This document shows positions 36,329 to 44,000 of a DNA stretch of 64,000 bases, piece by piece. Position 1 is the first letter of the stretch; every line of letters begins with the position of its first letter. The notes beneath the pieces are model-generated. The model ran no database searches and was not told the origin of the DNA. It was given only the letters and a program-made list of their open reading frames with translations. This stretch comes from Candidatus Woesearchaeota archaeon (GTDB taxonomy: Archaea; Nanobdellota; Nanobdellia; UBA10117; JABICX01), in the NCBI GenBank assembly GCA_018652045.1, contig JABICX010000004.1:30747-94746 (forward strand), given 5' to 3'. A program made the translations under genes and the position numbers.

Positions 36329-36598
36329 TTAAGTGCGGTCTACTCTACGTATAATGGCGTAAATAAACATACCTGCAAGTACAAGTGAACCGATTTGCGG
36401 TGAAGCTTGCTGTATAGGCTCTACGATTTGCGGTAGAACTTCTTGCGCAATAAGTTCAAGTGTTCCAGCACCTTCAATAGTTGTCTCTCCAGCTACATCA
36501 ATACCAAAATCACTAACAGTTAACGCTCCAGTTAGTTGTAATGCTTTATATGTATCGTCTGGAGTCCAACCTTCTTTTTTCGGAGTGTTGTTTATCAT
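36329..36598 (-). CDS. Hypothetical tail-anchored small protein (89 aa)
   Basis: Single C-terminal TM plus basic end IGSLVLAGMFIYAIIRRVDRT. No N-terminal signal peptide. 7 nt upstream of the 234-aa ORF on the same strand. Confidence 0.45.
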   Translation of the reverse strand: MINNTPKKEGWTPDDTYKALQLTGALTVSDFGIDVAGETTIEGAGTLELIAQEVLPQIVEPIQQASPQIGSLVLAGMFIYAIIRRVDRT

Positions 36599-36686
36599 AC
36601 CGTATTCACTTATAGGTGAAATAGTTCGTTTAAAAGCCTTTCCACTTGCTTCAAAAGCTTCTTAAGGTCTTAGCTTGCCGTATGCT

Positions 36687-37631
36687 ATGGGAAAACTTCC
36701 TTTTGAAAAGCGGAAACCAAAGATCATAGTTAGACATAAGGATATTAAGATTGGTAGGTTTAAGCAACCAGGCGCAGATGCTTTGTTCAAATGCGGTATA
36801 GTAAATCTCGATAAACCTGCTCCGATGTTGTCAAAAGCCGCTGTTCGGAAGCTAAAGAACGGTATGGAGATCTGGAAGGCAGGCCATGCTGGGACTTTAG
36901 ACCCGGCTGTTACTGGCGTACTGCCGATCTTTTTTGCAAAATCACGAAAGTTATCTGGAATCTTAACTAATGCAGGTAAAGAGTACCATTGTTGGATGCG
37001 TGTTCATGGACCGATATCTGAAGCAAAAGTCAAAGCTGCACTAAAGAAATTTACTGGAAAAATCGAGCAACTTCCACCTAAGATCTCAGCAGTTAAGCGA
37101 GTTCTTAGGATTAGAGAGGTGTATTATATTGATTACATTGGCAAGGAAAGAAATACCTATGAGTTTATCGTGGGGTGTCAGGCAGGAACCTACATCCGGA
37201 AGCTTTGCCATGATATTGGTGAGCACCTAGGGACTGGAGCGCACATGGCTAAGCTCATTAGGACAAAAGCAGGCCCTTTCAAGCTCAAAGACTCAATCAC
37301 TTTGGACGACGCCTTTGATCTTTATCGTACCTATCTTAAGACCAAGGATGAAAAACTGATCGTAAAGCTTATGCAGCCAATCGAAGTTGCAGTTGATTTC
37401 CTACCAAAGGTATGGATTGATGACGATGTTCTACCGAGACTTCAACATGGTTCACCTGTTTTTGCACCGGGCGTAGTACGGGTAGAGGACGACATAAAAG
37501 TAGGTGATCTAGTTGCATGTTATACTACGGGAAACGTGTTAGCGTCTGTAGGATTAGCAGAGATGGATTCAAAACAGATGATAAAAGAACTTCATGGCAT
37601 GGCAGTTAAGACTGATGTTGTTATGATCTAA
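36687..37631 (+). CDS. cbf5: H/ACA RNP pseudouridine synthase Cbf5 (TruB family)
   Basis: GIVNLDKPA...HAGTLDPAVTGVLPI (catalytic Asp motif) and a C-terminal PUA domain. First in-frame ATG is at 36687 (the track start at 36675 is TTG). Confidence 0.9.
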   Translation: MGKLPFEKRKPKIIVRHKDIKIGRFKQPGADALFKCGIVNLDKPAPMLSKAAVRKLKNGMEIWKAGHAGTLDPAVTGVLPIFFAKSRKLSGILTNAGKEYHCWMRVHGPISEAKVKAALKKFTGKIEQLPPKISAVKRVLRIREVYYIDYIGKERNTYEFIVGCQAGTYIRKLCHDIGEHLGTGAHMAKLIRTKAGPFKLKDSITLDDAFDLYRTYLKTKDEKLIVKLMQPIEVAVDFLPKVWIDDDVLPRLQHGSPVFAPGVVRVEDDIKVGDLVACYTTGNVLASVGLAEMDSKQMIKELHGMAVKTDVVMI

Positions 37632-37765
37632 TTCTGGGCCGAATAACTTATAAATTCAAGATTAGGCATAATCATAGCGGTGCGAAAAAGCTCTTTGCTC
37701 ACAAGGACAGGAGCTGACCAAGGTTATATGGTCAGCGACTCCGATTATTACAAAAGCAAAGAAAT

Positions 37766-37849
37766 GCCGGGGTGGCACAACCTGGTACTGCGCTAGGCTT
37801 GAGACCTAGTTTCCTTACGGATTTGCTGGTTCGAATCCGGCCCCCGGCG
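37766..37849 (+). tRNA. tRNA-Ser (anticodon UGA), class II
   Basis: Acceptor GCCGGGG/CCCCGGC, anticodon arm CUAGG-CUUGAGA-CCUAG, long variable arm UUUCCUUACGGAUUU, T arm GCUGG-UUCGAAU-CCGGC, discriminator G. Confidence 0.9.
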
Positions 37850-38119
37850 CTACCATTTCTTTCTTTTGTAAAAGAAAGAACTAGGTTTCCAAGAAAGAAA
37901 ACATATTTTCGCCTTCGTCGAAGAAGCCCGAAGGGCGATAGCCTTTCTTTTGGGCGAACTTCAGCCTTTTCTTTTTGAAAGAAAAGGGTAAGATAGTAAC
38001 CTTTAAAAACGCAACAAAGTAGAGCTAGACAACAACCAAAGACCCAAAACCTTGAGGGGGAGTTCAGTTACAACAAGCTGTTTCTCGACGAAGATCCTTT
38101 GAGCTAAGATGATATTAAT

Positions 38120-38662
38120 ATGGTAGAAACCAAAGAAAAACAATCACCACCAACCAAATCGAAAGATTTGCAAGGCCTATCTGAGCGGAGCTCAGACCGG
38201 AAACCTGAATTTAAAGCTATACTTAGAGTAGCCGATGGCGAGGTAAAGGGTGAGATGGCTACAGGTCAAGCGATATCTAGAGCTAGCGGAGCTGGTTTTA
38301 TGTTTGCAAATGCAGTAGTTAAGGTACTGAAGTTAGATAAGTTCAAAAAAATCGGTTACATGACTCCTGCAGAGTTAGATAAGATTGAGGATGTAATGAA
38401 GAATCCGAATAAGTATGGAATACCTTCATGGCTTTTTAATAGACGTAAGGACTTCGACACTGGAGAAGATATGCATGTTGTATCTTCAGATTTAGAGTTA
38501 GTTAAAAAGTTCGACATAAGACGTCTACGAAGAATAAAGAGTTATTTAGGTACACGTCATGCACGAAATGATAAAGGACTCAAACTTAAGGTACGAGGTC
38601 AGCGAACAAGAACAACTGGCCGTAAGAAGAAGAAATCAATTGGAGTTATACGGAAGAAATAA
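38120..38662 (+). CDS. rps13: 30S ribosomal protein uS13
   Basis: FKAILRVADGEVKGEMATGQAISRASGAGFMFANAVV... and RRIKSYLGTRHARNDKGLKLKVRGQRTRTTGR. About 30-aa N-terminal extension. Confidence 0.9.
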   Translation: MVETKEKQSPPTKSKDLQGLSERSSDRKPEFKAILRVADGEVKGEMATGQAISRASGAGFMFANAVVKVLKLDKFKKIGYMTPAELDKIEDVMKNPNKYGIPSWLFNRRKDFDTGEDMHVVSSDLELVKKFDIRRLRRIKSYLGTRHARNDKGLKLKVRGQRTRTTGRKKKKSIGVIRKK

Positions 38663-38663
38663 A

Positions 38664-39323
38664 ATGGGCGATCCAAAGAAACCAAAGAAGATATATAAGA
38701 AACCCGGTCAGCGATGGGAGGCAGACCGAATCAAAGAAGAAATTAAGTTAAAGAAAGAATACGGTTTGTCTAATAAGCGAGAGATTTGGAAGGTATCCTC
38801 AAAACTTCGAGACTGGCGAAGCCAGGCACGTCATATTGTAAGTCTGCAAGAAGAGCAGCGAAAAGAAGCAGAGGTTGCTTTGATTAATAAGTTATACAAC
38901 TTAGGTATGTTGGAGAAGGAAGATCATATTGATGATATATTGGCTTTAGATATTAGAGCAATCCTTGATCGACGCCTACAATCTCAAATTTATAAAATCA
39001 GTTTGAGTAACTCTACTAAACAAGCAAGACAGTTTATTCTTCACGGTAAGGTAGAGGTTTCTGGGAAGGTCATTACAGCACCATCTTATTTAGTAAAACG
39101 TGCAGATAAGATTAAGTTAGTATCTGGCTTTGCTCCAAAGATCAAAGTCGTTATCGAAGCTCCTAAGAAACAGATGGAAGCCACCTTAGAAAAAGGTCCT
39201 GTAGGCGGTACTAAACCACTTGTTAAGACTGAAGCACCTGCCGTAGAAAAAACTGACGCACAAGTAGTTGAAGAGGCTGCAAAAGCCGCAACTAAAGAGG
39301 TAATTAAGGAGGCAAAAGCATAA
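38664..39323 (+). CDS. rps4: 30S ribosomal protein uS4
   Basis: [19 protein letters not shown]..., S4 domain [42 protein letters not shown]. Has a charged C-terminal tail. Confidence 0.9.
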   Translation: MGDPKKPKKIYKKPGQRWEADRIKEEIKLKKEYGLSNKREIWKVSSKLRDWRSQARHIVSLQEEQRKEAEVALINKLYNLGMLEKEDHIDDILALDIRAILDRRLQSQIYKISLSNSTKQARQFILHGKVEVSGKVITAPSYLVKRADKIKLVSGFAPKIKVVIEAPKKQMEATLEKGPVGGTKPLVKTEAPAVEKTDAQVVEEAAKAATKEVIKEAKA

Positions 39324-39715
39324 TGGCAAAGAACATAAAAGGAATCGCAAATATATATGCTTCATATAATAATACTATCATTCACATAACTGACATGACT
39401 GGCGCAGAGACAATCGCTTTAGCATCTGGAGGCCAGATGGTTAGAGCAGATAGATTAGAGGCTAGCCCAACCGCAGCTATGATGGCAGCAAAGAAAGCAG
39501 CTGCATTAGCTAAAGAAAAGGGTGTAGATAAGGTCTTTGTAAAAGTTAGAGCAAAAGGTGGTCATAATGGTTCAAAATATCCTGGACCTGGAGCACAACC
39601 CGCAATTAGAGCATTAACAAGATCGGGCATAAAGCTTTTAGGTATTGAGGATGTAACACCTATACCACACGGCGGATGTCGTAAGAAGGGTGGTAGACGA
39701 GGAAGGAGACAGTAA
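39323..39715 (+). CDS. rps11: 30S ribosomal protein uS11
   Basis: [26 protein letters not shown]... and [22 protein letters not shown]. Confidence 0.95.
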   Translation: MAKNIKGIANIYASYNNTIIHITDMTGAETIALASGGQMVRADRLEASPTAAMMAAKKAAALAKEKGVDKVFVKVRAKGGHNGSKYPGPGAQPAIRALTRSGIKLLGIEDVTPIPHGGCRKKGGRRGRRQ

Positions 39716-40324
39716 ATGAAAATTCAAAAGTTAAAATCTGAGTCAAAAGGCGAGGTTATTTTCGCCATTAGTGAGGTTAAACCTTCTTTTGTGAATGCAT
39801 TACGTAGAGCGTTTAGTTTTGAAGTTCCCGTACTTGCTATGGAAGATATATATTTTGTTAACAACAGTTCTGCACTTTACGATGAAATTATCTCACATAG
39901 ATTGGGATTGATTCCATTAACAACTGATACTAAGACGTACGAATTTAAAGAAACCTGTACTTGCAAAGGAGAAGGTTGTGCAAAATGCACAGTTAAACTT
40001 GCGCTTAAGGTAGCAGGACCTAAAATGGTCAAAGCTAAAGATTTAAAGAGCACAGATCCAACAGTTAAGCCAGTATTCCCTGAAATACCAATTGTAGAGC
40101 TACTTGAAGGACAAGAGCTAGAGTTCGAAGCTATAGCAGAACTTGGTGAAGGTAAGACGCACGCTAAGTGGTGCGCAGGGCACGCTTTTTACCATATGGA
40201 AGAAGGTAAGAAAGATACATTCAAGTTTACTCTAGAGCCATGGGGCCAACTTAGTGCATCAGATATATTCAAACAAGCAGTAAACATATTGAACCATAAG
40301 ATCAAGGAACTTAAGATAAAATGA
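39716..40324 (+). CDS. rpoD: DNA-directed RNA polymerase subunit D (Rpo3)
   Basis: FVNALRRAFSFEVPVLAMEDIYFVNNSSALYDEIISHRLGLIPL; canonical position after rps11. Confidence 0.9.
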   Translation: MKIQKLKSESKGEVIFAISEVKPSFVNALRRAFSFEVPVLAMEDIYFVNNSSALYDEIISHRLGLIPLTTDTKTYEFKETCTCKGEGCAKCTVKLALKVAGPKMVKAKDLKSTDPTVKPVFPEIPIVELLEGQELEFEAIAELGEGKTHAKWCAGHAFYHMEEGKKDTFKFTLEPWGQLSASDIFKQAVNILNHKIKELKIK

Positions 40325-40680
40325 GACAGACAAAGTCTACTAACAGCATATTAAGAAAACTTCTTGCTAATCTTAAGAAACAATCAAACCAGAATAAAGT
40401 TAAGATATGGGCTTCTTTAGCAAGTAATCTTAGCAAACCTGCACGTATTCAAAGAACGGTTAATCTAACCCATCTCGAAAGGTACGGAAAAGCTGGCGAG
40501 ACATTAGTTGTTCCAGGTAAGGTTTTAGGAACTGGAGTGTTATCAAAGAAGATGACTGTTGCTGCATGGCGCTTTTCAGAAAAAGCATTTCAGAAAATAA
40601 ATAAGACTGGAACTGCGATATCAATTGACGAGCTTATGAAAAAGAATCCTGCAGGTAAGAAAGTGAGGATAATTGGATAA
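40321..40680 (+). CDS. rpl18e: 50S ribosomal protein eL18 (L18e)
   Basis: SKPARIQRTVNLTHLERYGKAGETLVVPGKVLGTG; operon position. Confidence 0.85.
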   Translation: MRQTKSTNSILRKLLANLKKQSNQNKVKIWASLASNLSKPARIQRTVNLTHLERYGKAGETLVVPGKVLGTGVLSKKMTVAAWRFSEKAFQKINKTGTAISIDELMKKNPAGKKVRIIG

Positions 40681-41084
40681 TGGTAACTATAGACGCAACT
40701 GGTTTAGTACTTGGTAGAATGTCTACATACATAGCTAAGAGATTGCTTTCAGGCGAGCAGGTTAACGTAATCAATTGCGAGAAAGCAGTTGTTTCAGGAT
40801 CAAAATCAAAAGTTGAAAGATTAAAGAAGCTACGCGATATGGGTGGACCTTTCCACGGACCATTCTATCCGAAAAGAGCAGATCGTGTTGTAAAGCGAAC
40901 GATTAGAGGCATGCTTCCGTATAAACAGGCTCGTGGGAGAGACGCGTTCAGTAGAGTAAGATGTTACTTAGGCCAACCAGATGGTATTGACATGAAGAAC
41001 TTTATATCTATCCCCGAAGCATCTGGCGATAAGATCGCTGCGATAAAGACAATCACAATCAAACAATTAGTTGAGCACATCTAA
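40680..41084 (+). CDS. rpl13: 50S ribosomal protein uL13
   Basis: IDATGLVLGRMSTYIAKRLLSGEQVNVINCEKAVVSG, RTIRGMLPYKQARG. Confidence 0.9.
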   Translation: MVTIDATGLVLGRMSTYIAKRLLSGEQVNVINCEKAVVSGSKSKVERLKKLRDMGGPFHGPFYPKRADRVVKRTIRGMLPYKQARGRDAFSRVRCYLGQPDGIDMKNFISIPEASGDKIAAIKTITIKQLVEHI

Positions 41085-41512
41085 TGGCAGATAAAAAACC
41101 CGTAAAAAAAGAGACAATTGCAAATGCATCTGGTAAGCGAAAGCGAGCTATTGCTAGAGCAACTGCTAAGAAAGGAACGGGTATCGTTAAGATTAATAAC
41201 AAACCTGTAGAACTAATCGATCCAATAACCACTCGATTACGTATACAAGAACCTGTGTTACTTGCAGAAGATTTAGCAAAGAATGTAAATATACATGTTA
41301 ATGTTACTGGCGGCGGATGGTCAAGCCAAGCAGAAGCGAGCAGATTAGCCATCGCAAAAGTACTTATTGAATTTACTAAATCAGCAGAGCTCAAGAAAAA
41401 GTATTTAGATTATGATCGACATCTCCTTGTTGCAGATACACGTTATAAGGAGGCTAAAAAACCTGGAACTCACGGCCACGCACGAAAGAAGCGGCAGTTA
41501 AGTTTCAGATAA
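41084..41512 (+). CDS. rps9: 30S ribosomal protein uS9
   Basis: GKRKRAIARATAKKGTGIVKINNKP, VNVTGGGWSSQAEASRLAIAK, C-terminal KKPG..GHARKKRQLSFR. Confidence 0.95.
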   Translation: MADKKPVKKETIANASGKRKRAIARATAKKGTGIVKINNKPVELIDPITTRLRIQEPVLLAEDLAKNVNIHVNVTGGGWSSQAEASRLAIAKVLIEFTKSAELKKKYLDYDRHLLVADTRYKEAKKPGTHGHARKKRQLSFR

Positions 41513-41519
41513 GGATAAA

Positions 41520-41717
41520 ATGATAATTCCAGTAAGATGTTTCAGTTGTGGAAAACCGGTTGCTCAGCTATGGGAGACCTTCAGCAAACGCGTAAAAGCT
41601 GGAGAAGCACCAAAGAAAGTTATGGATGAGCTAGGTTTAAAGCGATTCTGCTGCAGAGCTTTGTTTATGGGTAATATTGACCTTATGCACACAGTAGCTC
41701 GGTTCAAGAAAGCTTAA
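41520..41717 (+). CDS. rpoN: DNA-directed RNA polymerase subunit N (Rpo10)
   Basis: MIIPVRCFSCGKPVA...LGLKRFCCRALFMGNIDL is the classical RpoN zinc motif. Confidence 0.95.
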   Translation: MIIPVRCFSCGKPVAQLWETFSKRVKAGEAPKKVMDELGLKRFCCRALFMGNIDLMHTVARFKKA

Positions 41718-41770
41718 TCTTCTGACTATGAGAGGCAAGTTTTATTAACAAGCTTAGCCTAATCTATTTC

Positions 41771-42937
41771 ATGGAGTTTAACCTTAACTTACTGTCAATA
41801 TTTCTCTTCTACGGTCTGATTATATACTTTATTGTCAAGAATAAGTCAAAAATCGAGTTCCATAAGTTATATTTACTATACAAAACAAAGCGAGGTATAT
41901 CTCTAATAGACCGACTGTCAAAGCACAGAGTCTGGAAGTATTGGGGTTATATCGGTATTCCTGTTGGCTTCATAGGTATGTTCTTCATACTTGGAATGCT
42001 TTTAGTAAAGGTTTGGGACATTGTATCAGGCAAAACGATTGATCAGGGAGTTCAGTTATTATTACCTTGGACCAGTAGCGGTTCAGCAGGCCCATTTATG
42101 CTTATGCCTTTCTGGACGTTCATTATATGTATCGCTGTAGTTGTCCTTGTCCACGAAGGTGCGCACGGTATTATCTCCCGAGTACACAAACTAAAACTTA
42201 GATCTACGGGTCTAGGTATGTTCACAATTATACCTCTAGCTTTTGTAGAGCCAGATGAAGCGCAGATGGAGAAAGCTCCACTTTCCACACAACTGTCAAT
42301 TTTTGCAGCAGGACCTTTCGCCAATATATGTACAGGTATATTCGCTTTACTTATTTCGTTATTCTTTCTTATTCCACTATCTGCAAGTTTCTTTGACCCA
42401 GCAGGTTTGGAGATAACCGATGTAAAATATGGTTTTCCTGCTGAAGAAGCAGGCATCGTTCCGGGAGACACTATCATGGCAGTTGATAGTCAAGAAACCC
42501 TTAATGTCGAGCAATTTGTATCTGTAGTTGATAGGTTGAAACCTGGAGATACTGCAACGTTTTTACTTCAAGATCGAGAGGTTACGGTGAATACTGTGGA
42601 AAATGCCGCAGACTCTGATCTGGCATACGTAGGTATTAGTTTTAAGCAGAAGTTAGACCCTGTATCAGATACCTATTTCGGAGGTCTAGCATCTGAAGCC
42701 CTGTTATATTTAATTACTTTATTTGGATGGTTATGGGTTTTGAATATCGGAATCGGGCTAGTTAACTTGTTACCTTTAGGTCCTGTAGACGGCGGTCGCA
42801 TGCTTCTTGCAACCTCACATAAATTAATTAAGAACGAGTCAAAAGCACGTATCGTGTGGATGAGCATATCTATTCTTGCGTTATTGGCATTGGTCCTTAA
42901 TATTGTAGCTCCTTTCTTAATGAGTATCTTTGCGTAA
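41771..42937 (+). CDS. Site-2 protease family (M50) membrane metalloprotease with PDZ domain
   Basis: HEGAHG (HExxH) within a TM, PDZ-like GFPAEEAGIVPGDTIMAVD, and the second metal ligand motif NLLPLGPVDGGRM. Confidence 0.85.
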   Translation: MEFNLNLLSIFLFYGLIIYFIVKNKSKIEFHKLYLLYKTKRGISLIDRLSKHRVWKYWGYIGIPVGFIGMFFILGMLLVKVWDIVSGKTIDQGVQLLLPWTSSGSAGPFMLMPFWTFIICIAVVVLVHEGAHGIISRVHKLKLRSTGLGMFTIIPLAFVEPDEAQMEKAPLSTQLSIFAAGPFANICTGIFALLISLFFLIPLSASFFDPAGLEITDVKYGFPAEEAGIVPGDTIMAVDSQETLNVEQFVSVVDRLKPGDTATFLLQDREVTVNTVENAADSDLAYVGISFKQKLDPVSDTYFGGLASEALLYLITLFGWLWVLNIGIGLVNLLPLGPVDGGRMLLATSHKLIKNESKARIVWMSISILALLALVLNIVAPFLMSIFA

Positions 42938-42981
42938 CCTTGTACCAGAAGCTTTATTAGATAGTTTCGTATATAAACTGC

Positions 42982-43803
42982 ATGCACAGTATCCCAGTTT
43001 TAGCTATATTAGAAAAGTTAGGAATAATTATCGAGGGCGATGCTAAGGACGTACTGGATATATTGGAGAAAGAAGGCATAGTCAATGAGAACTATGTGGC
43101 AGATAAGTTAGGTATACGTATTAATGATGTTCGTAAAGCACTTTACAAGTTAGGTAATTATGGCTTTGTTACATATACTAAAGAGAAGGACGAAGATAAG
43201 AAGTGGTGGTATGTATATAACTGGCAACTTGATACCGCAAAAATTCACTATAAGTATGTTCAGCATATCAAAGCAATTCTACATGAAAAAGAGGCGCAAT
43301 TGGCAGATGAACAACAGTATGCATTTCAGTGTCGGCGTTGTAAGAAGAAGTATACATATGACAGTGCATTAGAACGTGATTTTGTGTGCGACGATTGCAC
43401 CGGTATTGTTAAAGAGGTAACTAATTCACGCGTAATATCTGGCTTAACTAAGGACATTGCGGAACTTCTAGCAGAGATTAAGATTGAGGACGAATTGATT
43501 AGAAAGCATCAATCTGGGCAGAAAAAGGCGCGAGATATACTACATGAAAAAGAAGATGCAATTGAAGCTGAAATTAAATCAAAGAAGTTGGCAGACGCAC
43601 GGGCTAAACGTGCAGCAGCGCGAGAGGTTGCTAAGAAAGCAAAGGAAAAAGCAAATCCTAAGAAGAAACCCGTTAAGAAAAAGCCAACCAAAAAGAAACT
43701 AGCTAAGAAATCAAGTAAGAAAGTTGTAAAGAAGCCGGTTAAAAAGAAGGTTGCTTCTAAGAAGAAACCCGTTAAGAAAAAGCCAACCAAAAAGCGCCGT
43801 TAG
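42982..43803 (+). CDS. tfe: Transcription factor E (TFE alpha) with about 80-aa Lys-rich C-terminal tail
   Basis: Winged helix (NYVADKLGIRINDVRKALYKLGNYGFVTY...KWWYVYNW), zinc ribbon CRRCKKKYT...CDDC, then the tail KKPVKKKPTKKKLAKKSSKKVVKKPVKKKVASKKKPVKKKPTKKRR. Confidence 0.8.
   Translation: MHSIPVLAILEKLGIIIEGDAKDVLDILEKEGIVNENYVADKLGIRINDVRKALYKLGNYGFVTYTKEKDEDKKWWYVYNWQLDTAKIHYKYVQHIKAILHEKEAQLADEQQYAFQCRRCKKKYTYDSALERDFVCDDCTGIVKEVTNSRVISGLTKDIAELLAEIKIEDELIRKHQSGQKKARDILHEKEDAIEAEIKSKKLADARAKRAAAREVAKKAKEKANPKKKPVKKKPTKKKLAKKSSKKVVKKPVKKKVASKKKPVKKKPTKKRR
43668..43705 (+). repeat. 38-bp direct repeat, copy 1, in the tfe tail
   Basis: ctaagaagaaacccgttaagaaaaagccaaccaaaaag is identical to 43757-43794. 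Both copies encode PKKKPVKKKPTKK. Confidence 0.85.
43757..43794 (+). repeat. 38-bp direct repeat, copy 2, in the tfe tail
   Basis: Identical to 43668-43705. Confidence 0.85.
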
Positions 43804-43814
43804 ATTTTTAAACT
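43798..43814 (+). promoter_or_regulatory. BRE/TATA-like promoter for tRNA-Gln
   Basis: cgttagatttttaaact has its TATA part centred about 27 nt upstream of tRNA nt 1 (43836). The identical 17-mer occurs at 62177-62193. Confidence 0.45.
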
Positions 43815-43835
43815 CAAGTTCTACTGTATTAATGC

Positions 43836-44000
43836 AGCCCCATAGTGTAGCGGTCAAACGCAGTTTTCGTTAGAAAACGATAATTTCGGGTCAATCATCC
43901 GAGGCTTTGGACCAACCCTTTTCAAAACGTTTGTGAAAAAGCGTTGACTGAAAAGTTGGAAAGATACCTCGGGACTCAGGTTCGAATCCTGGTGGGGCTA
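43836..44000 (+). tRNA. tRNA-Gln (anticodon UUG) interrupted by two intervening sequences (about 37 nt at 26/27 and 55 nt at 37/38)
   Basis: Exons give a 73-nt cloverleaf: AGCCCCA UA GUGU AGCGGUCAA ACGC A CGAGG CUUUGGA CCUCG GGAC UCAGG UUCGAAU CCUGG UGGGGCU A (A1-U72). The 37/38 intron forms a strict BHB motif (see findings). Confidence 0.8.

Noticed and set aside
37856-37903. Possible H/ACA guide RNA next to cbf5: a 10-bp stem tttctttctt/aagaaagaaa followed directly by ACA.
   Set aside because: The enclosed 25 nt are too short for a pseudouridylation pocket plus an upper stem with a K-turn/K-loop. I found no GA-type K-turn.
37772-37978. 68-aa ORF in the track overlapping tRNA-Ser(UGA) and the hairpin-rich spacer.
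   Set aside because: It starts inside the tRNA gene and reads through inverted repeats. The product is low-complexity, so it is not coding.
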